Assembly: GCA_036505865.1 (NCBI GenBank)
Contig: DASXSP010000002.1
Span: forward strand, 6,745 to 70,744
Source: Casimicrobiaceae bacterium
GTDB lineage: Bacteria > Pseudomonadota > Gammaproteobacteria > Burkholderiales > Casimicrobiaceae
DNA: 64,000 nucleotides
Direction of reading: 5' to 3'
Shown: positions 46,964 to 58,501 of the stretch, piece after piece
How the letters are laid out: each line of letters opens with the position of its first letter
Position numbering within the stretch: position 1 is the first letter of the stretch
The notes under the pieces: model-generated
The model's input: only the letters and a program-made list of their open reading frames with translations
The model's database searches: none
What the model was told of the DNA's origin: nothing
Position numbers and translations under genes: made by a program

Positions 46964-47568
46964 TCGTTCCCAGAGGCTTTGCCCGTGACCGCACGCAGCA
47001 ATGGCGAGCGCTGCAGCAGAGCGCGGGCGCGCGCCAGTCGAGACATCACCGTGCCAATCGGAACGTCGGCGACGCTCGCGATCTCCTTGTACGAAAGCTC
47101 TTCGAGCTCGCGCAAGACCAGCACCTCGCGATATTGCAGCGGCAACGAGGCGACTGCGTCGACCAACGCCCGCGCCTGGTCATTGCGCACTGCCGAAAGC
47201 TCGGGGTCGACCGCTGCATGATCGATCGCGGCGTCGATCGCGGTGCCGTCGTCTTGCACGATTTCGCCGGGACGGTTGCGCCCGATCCAATCGTAGAAGG
47301 CGTGCCGCACGATCGTCAGAAACCACGCACGCGCATTGTCTCCATGCAGCGATCCGACGTATTTGAGCGCGCGTACGCAAGCATCCTGAACGATGTCGTC
47401 GGCATCGTTTGCGTCGCGCGCGAGCCAGCGCGCCAAGTTGTACGCCGCGTCCAGATGCGGCAAGACCAGCTCCTCGAAGCGACGATCATCGAACAAGCGA
47501 AATCCCGTGGTTCGTAATGACCTTACCGTGCGGACGGCGAGCTTATTCCCGGGAAATAAAAAGGACAA
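46960..47568 (-). CDS. ECF sigma factor
   Basis: PHLDAAYNLARWL, DADDIVQDACVRA, LRELEELSYKEIA...GTVMSRLARAR; true start probably TTG at 47496, downstream of the promoter motif. Confidence 0.94.
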   Translation of the reverse strand: MSFLFPGNKLAVRTVRSLRTTGFRLFDDRRFEELVLPHLDAAYNLARWLARDANDADDIVQDACVRALKYVGSLHGDNARAWFLTIVRHAFYDWIGRNRPGEIVQDDGTAIDAAIDHAAVDPELSAVRNDQARALVDAVASLPLQYREVLVLRELEELSYKEIASVADVPIGTVMSRLARARALLQRSPLLRAVTGKASGNE

Positions 47569-47580
47569 ATCTTGGGTAAC
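47523..47580. promoter_or_regulatory. Back-to-back ECF-type promoters GG[G/A]AATAA-N15-GGTAA
   Basis: Plus: GGAAATAA (47552-47559) N15 GGTAAC (47575-47580). Minus: GGGAATAA (47550-47543) N15 GGTAAG. Confidence 0.7.
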
Positions 47581-47651
47581 ACGGCTTGAGTCCCGGATTC
47601 GGTGATTGCTTCACTCCGGGAACTGCTCCCCAATTACACCAGGAGATCCAG

Positions 47652-48878
47652 ATGCGCATCCTCCGATCGCAACTTGTGCTCGTCGGCTGTTTGTCCGCCT
47701 TCGCCTTAACTGCGGCGGCCGCGGGTCCTAAGGCATACGTCGGCAACTTCAAGGACAACTCCGTCAGCGTCATCGATACAGGTACAGGTTCCGTTGTCGC
47801 GACCGTGCCGGTTTCGGCAGGGCCGCACGGCATGAGCGTCTCGCCGGATGGCCGCATCGTGTACGTGAGCGGCGATGGATCCTCGGAGGTCATCGTTATC
47901 GACGCGACGACCGATCGGGTGATAAAGAAAATCGAAGTCGGCAAGACGCCGCATGGTCTGGCGATGACGCCTGACGGCAAGGTGTTGCTGGTCGGTGTCT
48001 ACGGCGAGGACCGCGTCGCGATCGTCGACACGGCGACGCAGGCGGTCATCGCAACTGTACCCGTGCCCAAGCCGCACACGATCGCGGTTCGCCCGGACGC
48101 AAAGGAAGCCTACGTCGCATCGCAGGAGCCGGGCAAATTCGCGCTGGCGGTCGTCGATCTCGCCACTCGCTCCGTCGCGCGCACACTGCCGCTGGAGAAG
48201 ACGCCGCGCGACCTCGAATTCGGCCATGACAGCCGGGCGCTTTACTTTACGATGGCGGGCGTGAATGCGATCGCCGTGCTCGATCCGACGTCGGACAAGA
48301 TCGTCGCGCAGATCCCGACCGGCGCATCGCCGCACCTGGCCAATTTTTTCCGCGGCGCGGGCGCCGGCGCAGCGGTCGTCCAGGGACCCGGCGAATTGCA
48401 GCTCTTCGATCCGGCGACCAACGCGCCACTGAAGGCCATCGCCGTTGGCAAGCAGCCGCATTGGATGGCCGCAACCAGCGACGGCAAGTGGATCTACGTG
48501 ACCAACGAAGGATCGAACGACGTCACGGTCGTCGATCTCGCCTCCGGCACGACGTCGACGATTGCCGTCGGCAATGCGCCGCGCAAAGTGGTGGTCCAGC
48601 CATTGCCGGCAAGGGCGCAATCGTCGGGCGCGCAAATTTCGATCGCCAACTTCGTATTCGCGCCTGCAGAAATCACCGTAGCGCCCGGTACGAAAGTCAC
48701 TTGGAGCAACGACGACGGCGCGCCGCACGGGCTTGCCTACAACGACGGCGCAAAAGGAACCGATGTGCTGTTGCCGGGCGCGACCTTCAGTCGCACGTAC
48801 GACCAACCAGGGACATTCGCATACGCGTGCGCCGTGCACGCCTACATGACCGGAAAAGTGATCGTACGCGCGCCTTGA
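47652..48878 (+). CDS. Secreted YVTN/YncE beta-propeller fused to a C-terminal cupredoxin
   Basis: Signal peptide; repeated SVIDT...VATVPV..GPHG blades; cupredoxin ligands PHG...CAVHAYM. Confidence 0.9.
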   Translation: MRILRSQLVLVGCLSAFALTAAAAGPKAYVGNFKDNSVSVIDTGTGSVVATVPVSAGPHGMSVSPDGRIVYVSGDGSSEVIVIDATTDRVIKKIEVGKTPHGLAMTPDGKVLLVGVYGEDRVAIVDTATQAVIATVPVPKPHTIAVRPDAKEAYVASQEPGKFALAVVDLATRSVARTLPLEKTPRDLEFGHDSRALYFTMAGVNAIAVLDPTSDKIVAQIPTGASPHLANFFRGAGAGAAVVQGPGELQLFDPATNAPLKAIAVGKQPHWMAATSDGKWIYVTNEGSNDVTVVDLASGTTSTIAVGNAPRKVVVQPLPARAQSSGAQISIANFVFAPAEITVAPGTKVTWSNDDGAPHGLAYNDGAKGTDVLLPGATFSRTYDQPGTFAYACAVHAYMTGKVIVRAP

Positions 48879-49080
48879 GCCACTGCGGCGCGAGGCGCTG
48901 ATACGCCGACCGAAGCGCACCCACCGCCGAGACGATAGCCGGAATGTCGGCGCCGCCGTCGGGCAGCTGCTTGCGTTGGTAAAGGTAGAGCAACACCGCC
49001 AGCAGCGTGCCGCCGGGCATCACGATTTCCAATAACAAATAGGGGCCTACCTTCTGAAGAACGCCGCCCCACGCCCGCAT
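48787..49080 (-). CDS. Small membrane hypothetical protein
   Basis: VGPYLLLEIVMPGGTLLAVLLYLY resembles a small conserved family (recalled); the ORF tail overlaps the cupredoxin 3' end. Confidence 0.55.
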   Translation of the reverse strand: MRAWGGVLQKVGPYLLLEIVMPGGTLLAVLLYLYQRKQLPDGGADIPAIVSAVGALRSAYQRLAPQWLKARVRSLFRSCRRARRTRMRMSLVGRTCD

Positions 49081-49352
49081 CCTTTGAACGACCGCCGTTT
49101 CCACGCTGCGCTCCCTGGTTTGAACCACCCGGCCTCTGTCTGCTGCCGGGCCGGCGATGACGTGCAGTGTGTGGTCGAGGAACTGACCAATCGCTTACAG
49201 ATGGGCGCCTCGATACGCTGGAGTGTCGAATCGTGGCGGTGTCAGCTTCCTGAAATCCGCGGCTTTCCTTGACCGCGTCCGAAAGTTGTCGCACATTTTT
49301 GTCGGTTTCCGGCGAGAGGCGTGCCAACGCCATAACACCACAGCGGATCCGC

Positions 49353-49748
49353 ATGTCAGGGCTTCTTTTCCATATGGTCACCGGCGCGCCGGACCCGGTC
49401 GCACCGTTCAGCCACGCGGTCGAAGCGGACGGCTGGGTCTTCGTCACCGGCCAAATGCCGTTCACAGGTACCGGCAACGAGTCGCCGTACCCGGAGTCCA
49501 TCGAGGCGCAGACGCACCAGGTGATGAAAAATCTCGTCACCGTGCTGGCAGGTTGCCATCTCGGCCTGGAGAATGTGGCTGCGGTGCGCGTATATCTGCG
49601 GCACTTCGACGACGATTACGCGCGGATGAATGCTGTCTATGCGAGCTACTTCCCGGCAGATCGTCTGCCCGCGCGGACATGCATCGGCGTCAGCGGGCTC
49701 GCTCGCGGCGCACGGATCGAAATCGATATGATCGCGCGGCGCGGCTGA
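49353..49748 (+). CDS. RidA/YjgF family protein
   Basis: PFSHAV, VFVTGQMP, MNAVYASYF...PARTCIGV, IEIDMIA. Confidence 0.92.
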   Translation: MSGLLFHMVTGAPDPVAPFSHAVEADGWVFVTGQMPFTGTGNESPYPESIEAQTHQVMKNLVTVLAGCHLGLENVAAVRVYLRHFDDDYARMNAVYASYFPADRLPARTCIGVSGLARGARIEIDMIARRG

Positions 49749-49760
49749 GGTCGGAACGTA

Positions 49761-51161
<1,401 letters not shown>

Positions 51162-51257
51162 AGGGAACTCCGTGAGAATCTTGCGGTTCAGATTAACAAC
51201 TATCGCATAGGGACAGGTGCGCCAAGAAAATCCATTGAAAACCGGAGCAACACTACG

Positions 51258-52388
51258 ATGCCGCAGCGATCGATAACGCCGTCGCGGGAGGTCACGTTGT
51301 TTTTGTGCGGCGATGTCATGACCGGCCGGGGGATCGATCAAATTCTTGCGCACCCCTGCAACCCGCGTTTGCTGGAGAGCTACTGCCGCTCGGCGCAGGA
51401 CTATGTCGCGTTAGCGGAGCGCGTCGCGGGGCCGATCGTCCGTCCGGTCGATTTCGCGTACATCTGGGGTGATGCGTTGGCGGAACTCGATCGGATGCGC
51501 CCCGCGGCACGGATCATCAATCTCGAGACAGCAGTAACAGTCAGCGAAGACGTGTGGCCGAACAAGACTGTCCACTACCGAATGAATCCAGCGAACGTCG
51601 GCTGCCTGACCATCGCGAAACTGGATTGTTGCGTTCTCGCTAACAACCATGTGATGGACTGGGGATTGTCCGGACTCGCCGAAACGCTCGCTACGCTGCG
51701 GCAGGCGGCGCTGCGCTGTGCGGGCGCCGGTAACGATGAACGCGAGGCGCGAGCGCCCGCCATTATCGAAGTGCCGAACACAGGGCGAATCCTCGTGTTT
51801 GCTTGCGGAACCGCAAGCAGCGGCGTGCCGGTGGGATGGGCCGCGAGTGGCGAACGGCCAGGCGTCAATCTGCTGCGCGATTGTTCACCGCGATCAGTTG
51901 AGTCGATCGCACGTCAAGTGGCTTCCTATAAGCGTGACGATGACGTGGTCCTACTATCGATCCACTGGGGAAGCAACTGGGGCTATGACATCCCCGCTGC
52001 GCAGCGTACGTTCGCGCGGGACATGATCGATTCGGCCGGCGTTGACGTCGTGCATGGCCACTCGTCGCACCACGTCAAAGGCATCGAGGTTTATCGCGAC
52101 AAGCTGATTCTCTACGGATGCGGCGATTTCATCGATGATTACGAAGGCATTCAGGGCTACGAAATTTTCCGCGCCGACCTAGGGCTCATGTACTTTCCGA
52201 CGATCGACGTCGCAACGGGACGATTGCGAAGCGTGCGAATGATGCCCACGCGCACGTCGTGCTTGCGCGTCAATCGCGCCGACGAAAGAGCGGCGGAGAT
52301 CCTGACGACAACGCTCAATCGCGAAGGCAAGCCATTCGGAACCGCCGTCGAACGACAGTCCGACAACGCGCTTGCGCTTCAATGGTGA
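51258..52388 (+). CDS. CapA-family metallophosphatase-fold protein
   Basis: [47 protein letters not shown]. Confidence 0.9.
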   Translation: MPQRSITPSREVTLFLCGDVMTGRGIDQILAHPCNPRLLESYCRSAQDYVALAERVAGPIVRPVDFAYIWGDALAELDRMRPAARIINLETAVTVSEDVWPNKTVHYRMNPANVGCLTIAKLDCCVLANNHVMDWGLSGLAETLATLRQAALRCAGAGNDEREARAPAIIEVPNTGRILVFACGTASSGVPVGWAASGERPGVNLLRDCSPRSVESIARQVASYKRDDDVVLLSIHWGSNWGYDIPAAQRTFARDMIDSAGVDVVHGHSSHHVKGIEVYRDKLILYGCGDFIDDYEGIQGYEIFRADLGLMYFPTIDVATGRLRSVRMMPTRTSCLRVNRADERAAEILTTTLNREGKPFGTAVERQSDNALALQW

Positions 52389-52510
52389 TGTCGCGTCAAT
52401 GCGACGTGTTGCGCCGGTCCGACGACTGTCGACCGGCTGTCGCCAATTAACGCTTCGCTGCGCTCGCGCGTGATACGCTGCCGGCGCCCTCAGAGGCGTA
52501 GGGAGACGCT

Positions 52511-54460
52511 GTGCATAATTCAATGCGGTTCGTGCTCGCGCGGTCCACGTTCGCGCGACGGTGCGTGTTCATTGCTCTAGCGCTGTCGTGCACATGCGCT
52601 CTATCGGCGCCAAACCGCGCGGCCTGCGAAGCAGCCGACAGAACGATACGCGCAGCCACGCCCTTGTCGCAATGTCGCACGCCGAGCGGCGACGTTGTGA
52701 TCGGCAGCGGCAATTGCGTGAACGTGTTCGTCGATCAATCGTATACGGGGAAAGACTCGGCGCTCGGTGCGGTGACGATCAACGCGGGCGGTTCGCTGTT
52801 CGTGCCCGACGCATCGGTCGAAATCGAGGCGAAGTCGATCATCGTCGTCGGTGTGCCTGGCAACGGGCCCGCTGCGCAGGCGCTCTTGCAAATCGGCACC
52901 GCAGCGTGTCCGATCGGTACGCTTTCTCCGGAAAATCACGTGACGCTGCGTCTTTTGGGCGAGCGCCCCGCCGCGACGAAGATCCATCAACACGATCACA
53001 AATCGGGCGACGACTGCACGACGATCGACAAAGGCATCGGCGTCGGCGTGAATGGACAGCTTCGCCTTTTCGGCGCACGCGGCGTCCCGCCCGAAGGCTA
53101 TAGCTGGGCCGCATTGTCGCGCCCAGCGGGGCCGATCGCGTATCAAGTCCGCGACAACCGCAATCCGGACGCTCATCCGGAAAAGATCGGTGCGCCGGTT
53201 CCCCACGGCGGCGAACTCACGCTCAATGTCGAGCACGACGTGACGAAAGGTGGCAATCCCTGGAAGCCGGGCGATTGGATCGTCGTGGGCACCACGAGCT
53301 TTTCCCCGTTCGAATCCGAGTTCGTCCAGATCCAGAATGTCGTCAAGGAAGAGCACGGCAGCCGCATCGTGCTGAGCGCGGCCACGCCGTTGCGCCACTA
53401 CCATTTCGGCGGTCCGGATCCCGGTCCGGCGCATGACATCGGCTCGACGCCTGGAGCGGCTTCGCGCAGCTTTAACCTTTCCCAATCGCACAACTTCGGC
53501 GTCGATGAACGCGCCGAAGTCGGACTGATCAGCCGCAACATCCAGCTGACCGCGGCAACACCGAAGATCGCGACGCCCGGCGATTCCTCTCTGCATTGGG
53601 GCGGTGAGATGCGCTTTTGCAAGGGCTACGACGAAGTCAGCGTGCAAGGTGTCGAGCTCGAGAAATTCGGCAAGGAGAATCTCGGGAGCTATCCGATCCA
53701 CTTTCATCTGGCCAACGCCTCGAAGTGGACGCCCGGCACGCTGCCTGCGCCGCCGACGGGCCGGCACCTGATCGACGCGAACTCAATCCATCACACGTAC
53801 AACAAATGCGCGACGATTCATTCGACGTCGGACATCACGCTGTCGAACAATGTTTGCGCACGGATCACCGGTCACATGTTCTATCAGGAGATCGGTGACG
53901 AATTCAGCTCCTCGTTCAAGAACAATTTGGGCCTCGGGATCATGCTGAACGGCTTCGGCCTCGCAGCGAATGTGCGCCGCACGCCCGACAATCTGGTGAT
54001 GAACTACTGGGAAGGTGACTACCTGGGCCGCGCGATCGATTTCGACGGGCTCAAAGTCGCGAACACCGACAACGGCACGAACCCGGTAATAGGACAGTGT
54101 TACTCGAAAAATCCAAATGCGGGTGGTCTCGAAGGTGCGGTCGCCACCTCCGGCGCTTCGTGTCCAGCCGGCAAGATCCTCTTCGAGCCACCCACGGGAT
54201 TCTGGATCGTCAATCCGACGGCGATGCTCGAGGGCAACTCGGTGGGCGGATGCCAAGGTCTCGGTAAGGGATACTGGTACGTCGCGCCGACGAAGACACC
54301 CGGCGATGCGCGTTTCGCGCTCAAGTTCCAGCCGGTCGGGCGCTTCGTCAACAATCGCGTGCACAGCTGTTACGACGGAATTTTCGGCGAAACCGATGGG
54401 GGGTGGTCACCGAGCAACTCCAGCCGAAAGTCGACGGCGATAACATCGCATTCAACTTGA
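52511..54460 (+). CDS. G8-domain CEMIP/TMEM2-like protein, N-terminal half (frameshifted gene)
   Basis: Signal-like N-terminus; G8 domain; WKPGDWIVV, RAEVGLISRNI, GSYPIHFH, SIHHTYNKCATIH, TGFWIVNP, FVNNRVHS are collinear with CEMIP/TMEM2 as recalled. Confidence 0.82.
   Translation: MHNSMRFVLARSTFARRCVFIALALSCTCALSAPNRAACEAADRTIRAATPLSQCRTPSGDVVIGSGNCVNVFVDQSYTGKDSALGAVTINAGGSLFVPDASVEIEAKSIIVVGVPGNGPAAQALLQIGTAACPIGTLSPENHVTLRLLGERPAATKIHQHDHKSGDDCTTIDKGIGVGVNGQLRLFGARGVPPEGYSWAALSRPAGPIAYQVRDNRNPDAHPEKIGAPVPHGGELTLNVEHDVTKGGNPWKPGDWIVVGTTSFSPFESEFVQIQNVVKEEHGSRIVLSAATPLRHYHFGGPDPGPAHDIGSTPGAASRSFNLSQSHNFGVDERAEVGLISRNIQLTAATPKIATPGDSSLHWGGEMRFCKGYDEVSVQGVELEKFGKENLGSYPIHFHLANASKWTPGTLPAPPTGRHLIDANSIHHTYNKCATIHSTSDITLSNNVCARITGHMFYQEIGDEFSSSFKNNLGLGIMLNGFGLAANVRRTPDNLVMNYWEGDYLGRAIDFDGLKVANTDNGTNPVIGQCYSKNPNAGGLEGAVATSGASCPAGKILFEPPTGFWIVNPTAMLEGNSVGGCQGLGKGYWYVAPTKTPGDARFALKFQPVGRFVNNRVHSCYDGIFGETDGGWSPSNSSRKSTAITSHST
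54398..54403 (+). other. G6 homopolymer at the frameshift junction
   Basis: gat GGGGGG tggtc; G7 or G4 would fuse the two ORFs into one frame. Confidence 0.85.
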
Positions 54461-56568
54461 TCGCGCGCTTCGACGGCTTCACCGCCACGCGGATTCGCAA
54501 TCGCGGCGTGTGGATGCGCGGACCGTGGTTCGTATTCGACAATGCACGAGCCGCTACGAGTCGCGAGGCGATTACGATGGTGACCGCCGGAGGCCTTGAT
54601 GGCAGCTCGCCCGCGTTTTGGGGCTTGCTCAAAAATTCAGTCGTCGTCGGGCTCTCGAAGAACAACGTCGACCGCTGGGGACCGTGTCCGGAGCCCACGG
54701 CGCAGGAAGGGCCGGGTTGTGTCGATCGGAATACGGAAGCTGCCGATCTATTCGAGAAAAGCTATCCAAGTCCGGCGTGGAACTTCGCCGGCTTTTATAT
54801 CTATGACGGCCCCGTGCGAATCCACGACACGCGATTCGTCAACTTCCGCCACGACATTACGCCCTTGCTCACCGTGACCGACGCGGCGTTCCTCCAAAGC
54901 TTCAAGTCCTACTACTCGGCGAGCGTCTACGAAGGCGACGCCGCACTGGGATGGTTCCAAAACAACCAGAGCGCGTATCCGACGACGACCGAGGTCCGTG
55001 GGCTCACCTTCGAGGGCACGAACCTCCGTCACCAGGTCTTTACCGACAAAGTCAATTTCGGAAACTTCGATGATGGCGACAAGAACACCGCTGTCATCGA
55101 TCGAGACGGTTCGCTCACCGGGTATCGCGTCGTCGATGCCAGCGGCTTGCAAGCCAAGCACCGTCATGCAGTCTCGCTCAATAACTTGCCGTTCAATGCG
55201 GTCGCCAACGCCGCCGACGAATGCGCATCGACGGGCGCACAGGATGCGGCGGCCGAGGATCGGCCTACATCGTTGATCTCGCCGGGCGATCTGGCGACGC
55301 TCGAGTTCGGCGCGCTCCTACCACCTGACGGCGTCGTTACGGCTGCAACGGGGTCCGACCCGAACATGACGCAGCTGATGACGTTCACGCAGGACGTCAA
55401 GAATCGGTTCGACAAGCACGCGTCGATGACGCTGCACAGCCGCAACAATCAAGGGATTTGGGAGCCCAAGATCCATGGCGGTCGCGGCTACACGGTGTCG
55501 GTCGCATCGGCAGCCGCCAGCAATCCTGGACAAGCGGGACCGGTGGGCATGCCTCGCTACACCAACATCGGGTTGACCGACGTCGTCAAGCCGGACATCG
55601 CAAGCAAGCCGTTCTCCGCGCGAATCGGCGTGTGCTACACGAATGTCGGCGGGACGCATCCCCCGGCGGAATTCGCGATCTTGCGCGGCTTCAAGTCATG
55701 GGGCGGCAACGCGGTCAACTACAACGATCCCACATTGCGGAAATCGTTCAACCGGCTCGTCAATCTCTACAACGGGCAAACGTGCCATAACCTGGACTCG
55801 CAGTCGAATCGCGTGCGAACACCCGGTCAGGACAACACCGATCCGATGAAAGGCTGTCCGGCCGACGGCGTCCTGCCGTTGGAAAGCGCCGCAAGTTGTA
55901 CGGCGGCGGGTGGCAAGCCGGCGCGATCGCGAGCCGACCTTCCGCAGGACGACGCCTGCATCTTCGAAACGCGCGCGCTCAAGAAAGCAGAAAATCTGGC
56001 GGAGTTGACCGATCCGGTCAGTGGCGCGCCCGTCGACCTGTACAAGTATTACTACGATGCGAAAAGCGGGATGCTTTCCTTCTATGTCGTGCAGGACATT
56101 CCCAATGCGCAGGCCGCGTCGCCGCACGGAAGCTGCCGCGGCCGGCCCGACGACGATCCGGCCTGTCCGAATCCGGCCGATCCGATCTATCCCGAAAGCT
56201 ACTACGGATGTCCGGCGCAGGGCTGCATCACCTACACGGTGCGTATTGTTGGAGGCGATTACACGCCAGGGGCATCGGCGTGCGGTGACGACGGCGATCC
56301 GTCGAGGATGACAGATGCGACCGCGATCTACCGCTATAAGCGCGATGAACAGGGCCGCGGCATTTATGAACTCGATCCGCCGAAAGACGAGTTCCAGCTC
56401 GCGTATGTTCCGTCTCCGTCGAGTCCACACGAAGCGGTTCGACGTGGCGACCGCGTCGACCCGATGCCGACGGTCAGCTCGAAGGGCTTCGACCACGTGA
56501 AGGCCAAATACGCACCGTATTGCGCGGGTCAGCCGCCCACGCCCGGCGGCGGGCGCACCGGCGAATAG
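54403..56568 (+). CDS. CEMIP/TMEM2-like protein, C-terminal half
   Basis: RNRGVWMRG, LKNSVVVG, GFYIYDGPV, DGDKN...DGSLTGY continue the CEMIP/TMEM2 alignment; no credible independent RBS or signal peptide. Confidence 0.82.
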   Translation: MVTEQLQPKVDGDNIAFNLIARFDGFTATRIRNRGVWMRGPWFVFDNARAATSREAITMVTAGGLDGSSPAFWGLLKNSVVVGLSKNNVDRWGPCPEPTAQEGPGCVDRNTEAADLFEKSYPSPAWNFAGFYIYDGPVRIHDTRFVNFRHDITPLLTVTDAAFLQSFKSYYSASVYEGDAALGWFQNNQSAYPTTTEVRGLTFEGTNLRHQVFTDKVNFGNFDDGDKNTAVIDRDGSLTGYRVVDASGLQAKHRHAVSLNNLPFNAVANAADECASTGAQDAAAEDRPTSLISPGDLATLEFGALLPPDGVVTAATGSDPNMTQLMTFTQDVKNRFDKHASMTLHSRNNQGIWEPKIHGGRGYTVSVASAAASNPGQAGPVGMPRYTNIGLTDVVKPDIASKPFSARIGVCYTNVGGTHPPAEFAILRGFKSWGGNAVNYNDPTLRKSFNRLVNLYNGQTCHNLDSQSNRVRTPGQDNTDPMKGCPADGVLPLESAASCTAAGGKPARSRADLPQDDACIFETRALKKAENLAELTDPVSGAPVDLYKYYYDAKSGMLSFYVVQDIPNAQAASPHGSCRGRPDDDPACPNPADPIYPESYYGCPAQGCITYTVRIVGGDYTPGASACGDDGDPSRMTDATAIYRYKRDEQGRGIYELDPPKDEFQLAYVPSPSSPHEAVRRGDRVDPMPTVSSKGFDHVKAKYAPYCAGQPPTPGGGRTGE

Positions 56569-56574
56569 CGCCCA

Positions 56575-58005
56575 TCAGCCTTTGATACAAACGAGCGGCT
56601 CCAGCCGCGCAACTTTATGCGCGAGGTGCGCGCGGTGCGCGGCCTCGACAACCGCCGAAACATCCTTGTAAGCGCCGGGGGCTTCTTCGGCGACGCCGCG
56701 CATCGACGCGCTTCGAATCAGAATGCCCCGACTTGCAAGCTCGTCGACGACTTCGCGGCCGTGCCAATGGCGCTTGGCCTCGTTCCGACTCATCTCGCGA
56801 CCTGCCCCGTGACACGCCGAGGCGAACGCTTCGCTCATGCCGCGTTCTGTTCCGACGAGTACGTACGACGCCGTCCCCATGCTGCCGCCGATCAGGACCG
56901 GTTGGCCGATTTCGAAAAACTCCGCCGGAAGATCCGGATGGCGCGGGCCGAACGCGCGCGTCGCGCCCTTGCGATGCACGTACAGTTCCGCTTCGCGGCC
57001 GTCGATCCGATGTTTCTCGACCTTGCACGTATTGTGCGAAACGTCGTAGAGCAATGTAAGCGTTGCGCCGGGCAGGACAGCGTGAAACGCCTCGCGCGTC
57101 ATCTGCGTGAGAATTTCGCGGTTGGCCAACGCGCAGTTGATTGCCGCACGCATCGCGCCAAGATAGCGCTGCCCCAATGGCGAACGCACAGGCGCGCAGG
57201 CGAGCTCGCGATCGGTGACCGTTACGCCCGCAGCGTTCGCCGCGATCGTCATCTCGCGCAAAAACTCTGTGCCGATCTGATGACCGAGCCCGCGCGAGCC
57301 GCAGTGCACGCTGACGACAACGTCGCCGTTACGTAGCCCGAACGCGTTCGCGGCTGCGTCATCGTACGTTTCGACGACGTGCTGCACTTCGAGATAGTGA
57401 TTGCCCGAACCAAGCGTCCCCATCGCGTCGCGCTGCCGAAGTTTTGCGGCTTCGGACACCGCTGCCGGATCCGCGCCGGCCGCCATTCCGCCCTCCTCGA
57501 TTCGCGCCAGATCTTCGCGCTGCCCGTAGCCGTAATCGACCGCCCAGCGCGCGCCGCCGCGAAGCATCGCGTCCATCTCGTTCGGGGAGAGTTGCAACGC
57601 GCCTGTGCTGCCCACGCCCGCCGGAATGCGTTTGAACAGCGTATCGGCGAGCTGATGCTTCGCGGGCTCGATGTCGGCGCGTTTAAGACCGGTCAGCAAC
57701 GTCCGCACACCGCATGAGATATCGAACCCCACGCCACCGGCGGATACCACGCCGCCGTCATCGGGATCAAAGGCGGCGACACCGCCGATGGGAAATCCGT
57801 ATCCCCAATGTGCGTCGGGCATGGCGAACGAGCCTTTGACAATGCCGGGAAGCGCGGCCACATTGGTGATCTGCCCCAACACTTTGTCGTCCATCGCCTG
57901 GAGCAATTCTTCGTCGGCGAAAATGACGCCAGGCACTCGCATCGCGCCCGTTTGCGCGAGCTGCCATTGGTAATCGCTGATACGTTGCAATCGACTTGGA
58001 TCCAT
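56575..58005 (-). CDS. rtcB: RtcB RNA ligase (archaeal/eukaryote-like long subtype)
   Basis: MPDAHWGYGFPIGG, VGFDISCG, GTLGSGNHY, HCGSRGLGH, YDVSHN, HRKGATR, SACHGAGR, EEAPGAYKD. Confidence 0.96.
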   Translation of the reverse strand: MDPSRLQRISDYQWQLAQTGAMRVPGVIFADEELLQAMDDKVLGQITNVAALPGIVKGSFAMPDAHWGYGFPIGGVAAFDPDDGGVVSAGGVGFDISCGVRTLLTGLKRADIEPAKHQLADTLFKRIPAGVGSTGALQLSPNEMDAMLRGGARWAVDYGYGQREDLARIEEGGMAAGADPAAVSEAAKLRQRDAMGTLGSGNHYLEVQHVVETYDDAAANAFGLRNGDVVVSVHCGSRGLGHQIGTEFLREMTIAANAAGVTVTDRELACAPVRSPLGQRYLGAMRAAINCALANREILTQMTREAFHAVLPGATLTLLYDVSHNTCKVEKHRIDGREAELYVHRKGATRAFGPRHPDLPAEFFEIGQPVLIGGSMGTASYVLVGTERGMSEAFASACHGAGREMSRNEAKRHWHGREVVDELASRGILIRSASMRGVAEEAPGAYKDVSAVVEAAHRAHLAHKVARLEPLVCIKG

Positions 58006-58037
58006 TCTTCAGCTTTAACCGAGTGGCAAACGATGCC

Positions 58038-58451
58038 TCACACGTCGACAACGCATTGCGCGAGCCACATGCCATCGTCGCGCCGAGTCATCGATAACTG
58101 GGAGTACGTCGCGGCTTTGACTTCGACTAACGGCTCATGGCGTTCGCGATCGACGGCTTCGCCCCATGCTTTCGCTTCCAGCGCATGGTCGTGAAGCGCG
58201 ACGGTGAAACGGCCGAACAACAGATTGCGCGTCGCCATTTCGTAGATCAGTGCATTCAACCAGTCGATGAGCAGCAGTTCGTCATCCGGCGCGTCACGGC
58301 GAATCTCCACGAGCGTATCGGCGCGAACATGTAGCGGATCGGTGACGACCGCTGTCAACGCAAGCGCGACTTGCTCAAAGGCATCCTCGCGCGAAGCGCC
58401 GAGTCCGCGAACCCCGATATCGGCACCATGCCTAAAGTGTTCCCAGGGCAT
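58038..58451 (-). CDS. Archease
   Basis: [37 protein letters not shown]. Confidence 0.95.
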   Translation of the reverse strand: MPWEHFRHGADIGVRGLGASREDAFEQVALALTAVVTDPLHVRADTLVEIRRDAPDDELLLIDWLNALIYEMATRNLLFGRFTVALHDHALEAKAWGEAVDRERHEPLVEVKAATYSQLSMTRRDDGMWLAQCVVDV

Positions 58452-58457
58452 TATTAC

Positions 58458-58472
58458 TTTGACAGCGTCAAA
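58458..58472. promoter_or_regulatory. Perfect palindrome TTTGAC-N3-GTCAAA in the archease/SMUG1 divergent region
   Basis: tttgacagcgtcaaa, 6 nt from the archease ATG. Confidence 0.5.
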
Positions 58473-58501
58473 CCATGGATATTTGCGGGGCATTCGACGC
58501 C

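Noticed and set aside
51258-52388. Poly-gamma-glutamate capsule locus
   Set aside because: No capB/capC; CapA-family proteins commonly occur alone.
58458-58472. FNR/FixK box
   Set aside because: TTGA-N5-TCAA is one base short of the TTGA-N6-TCAA spacing; kept only as an unassigned palindrome.
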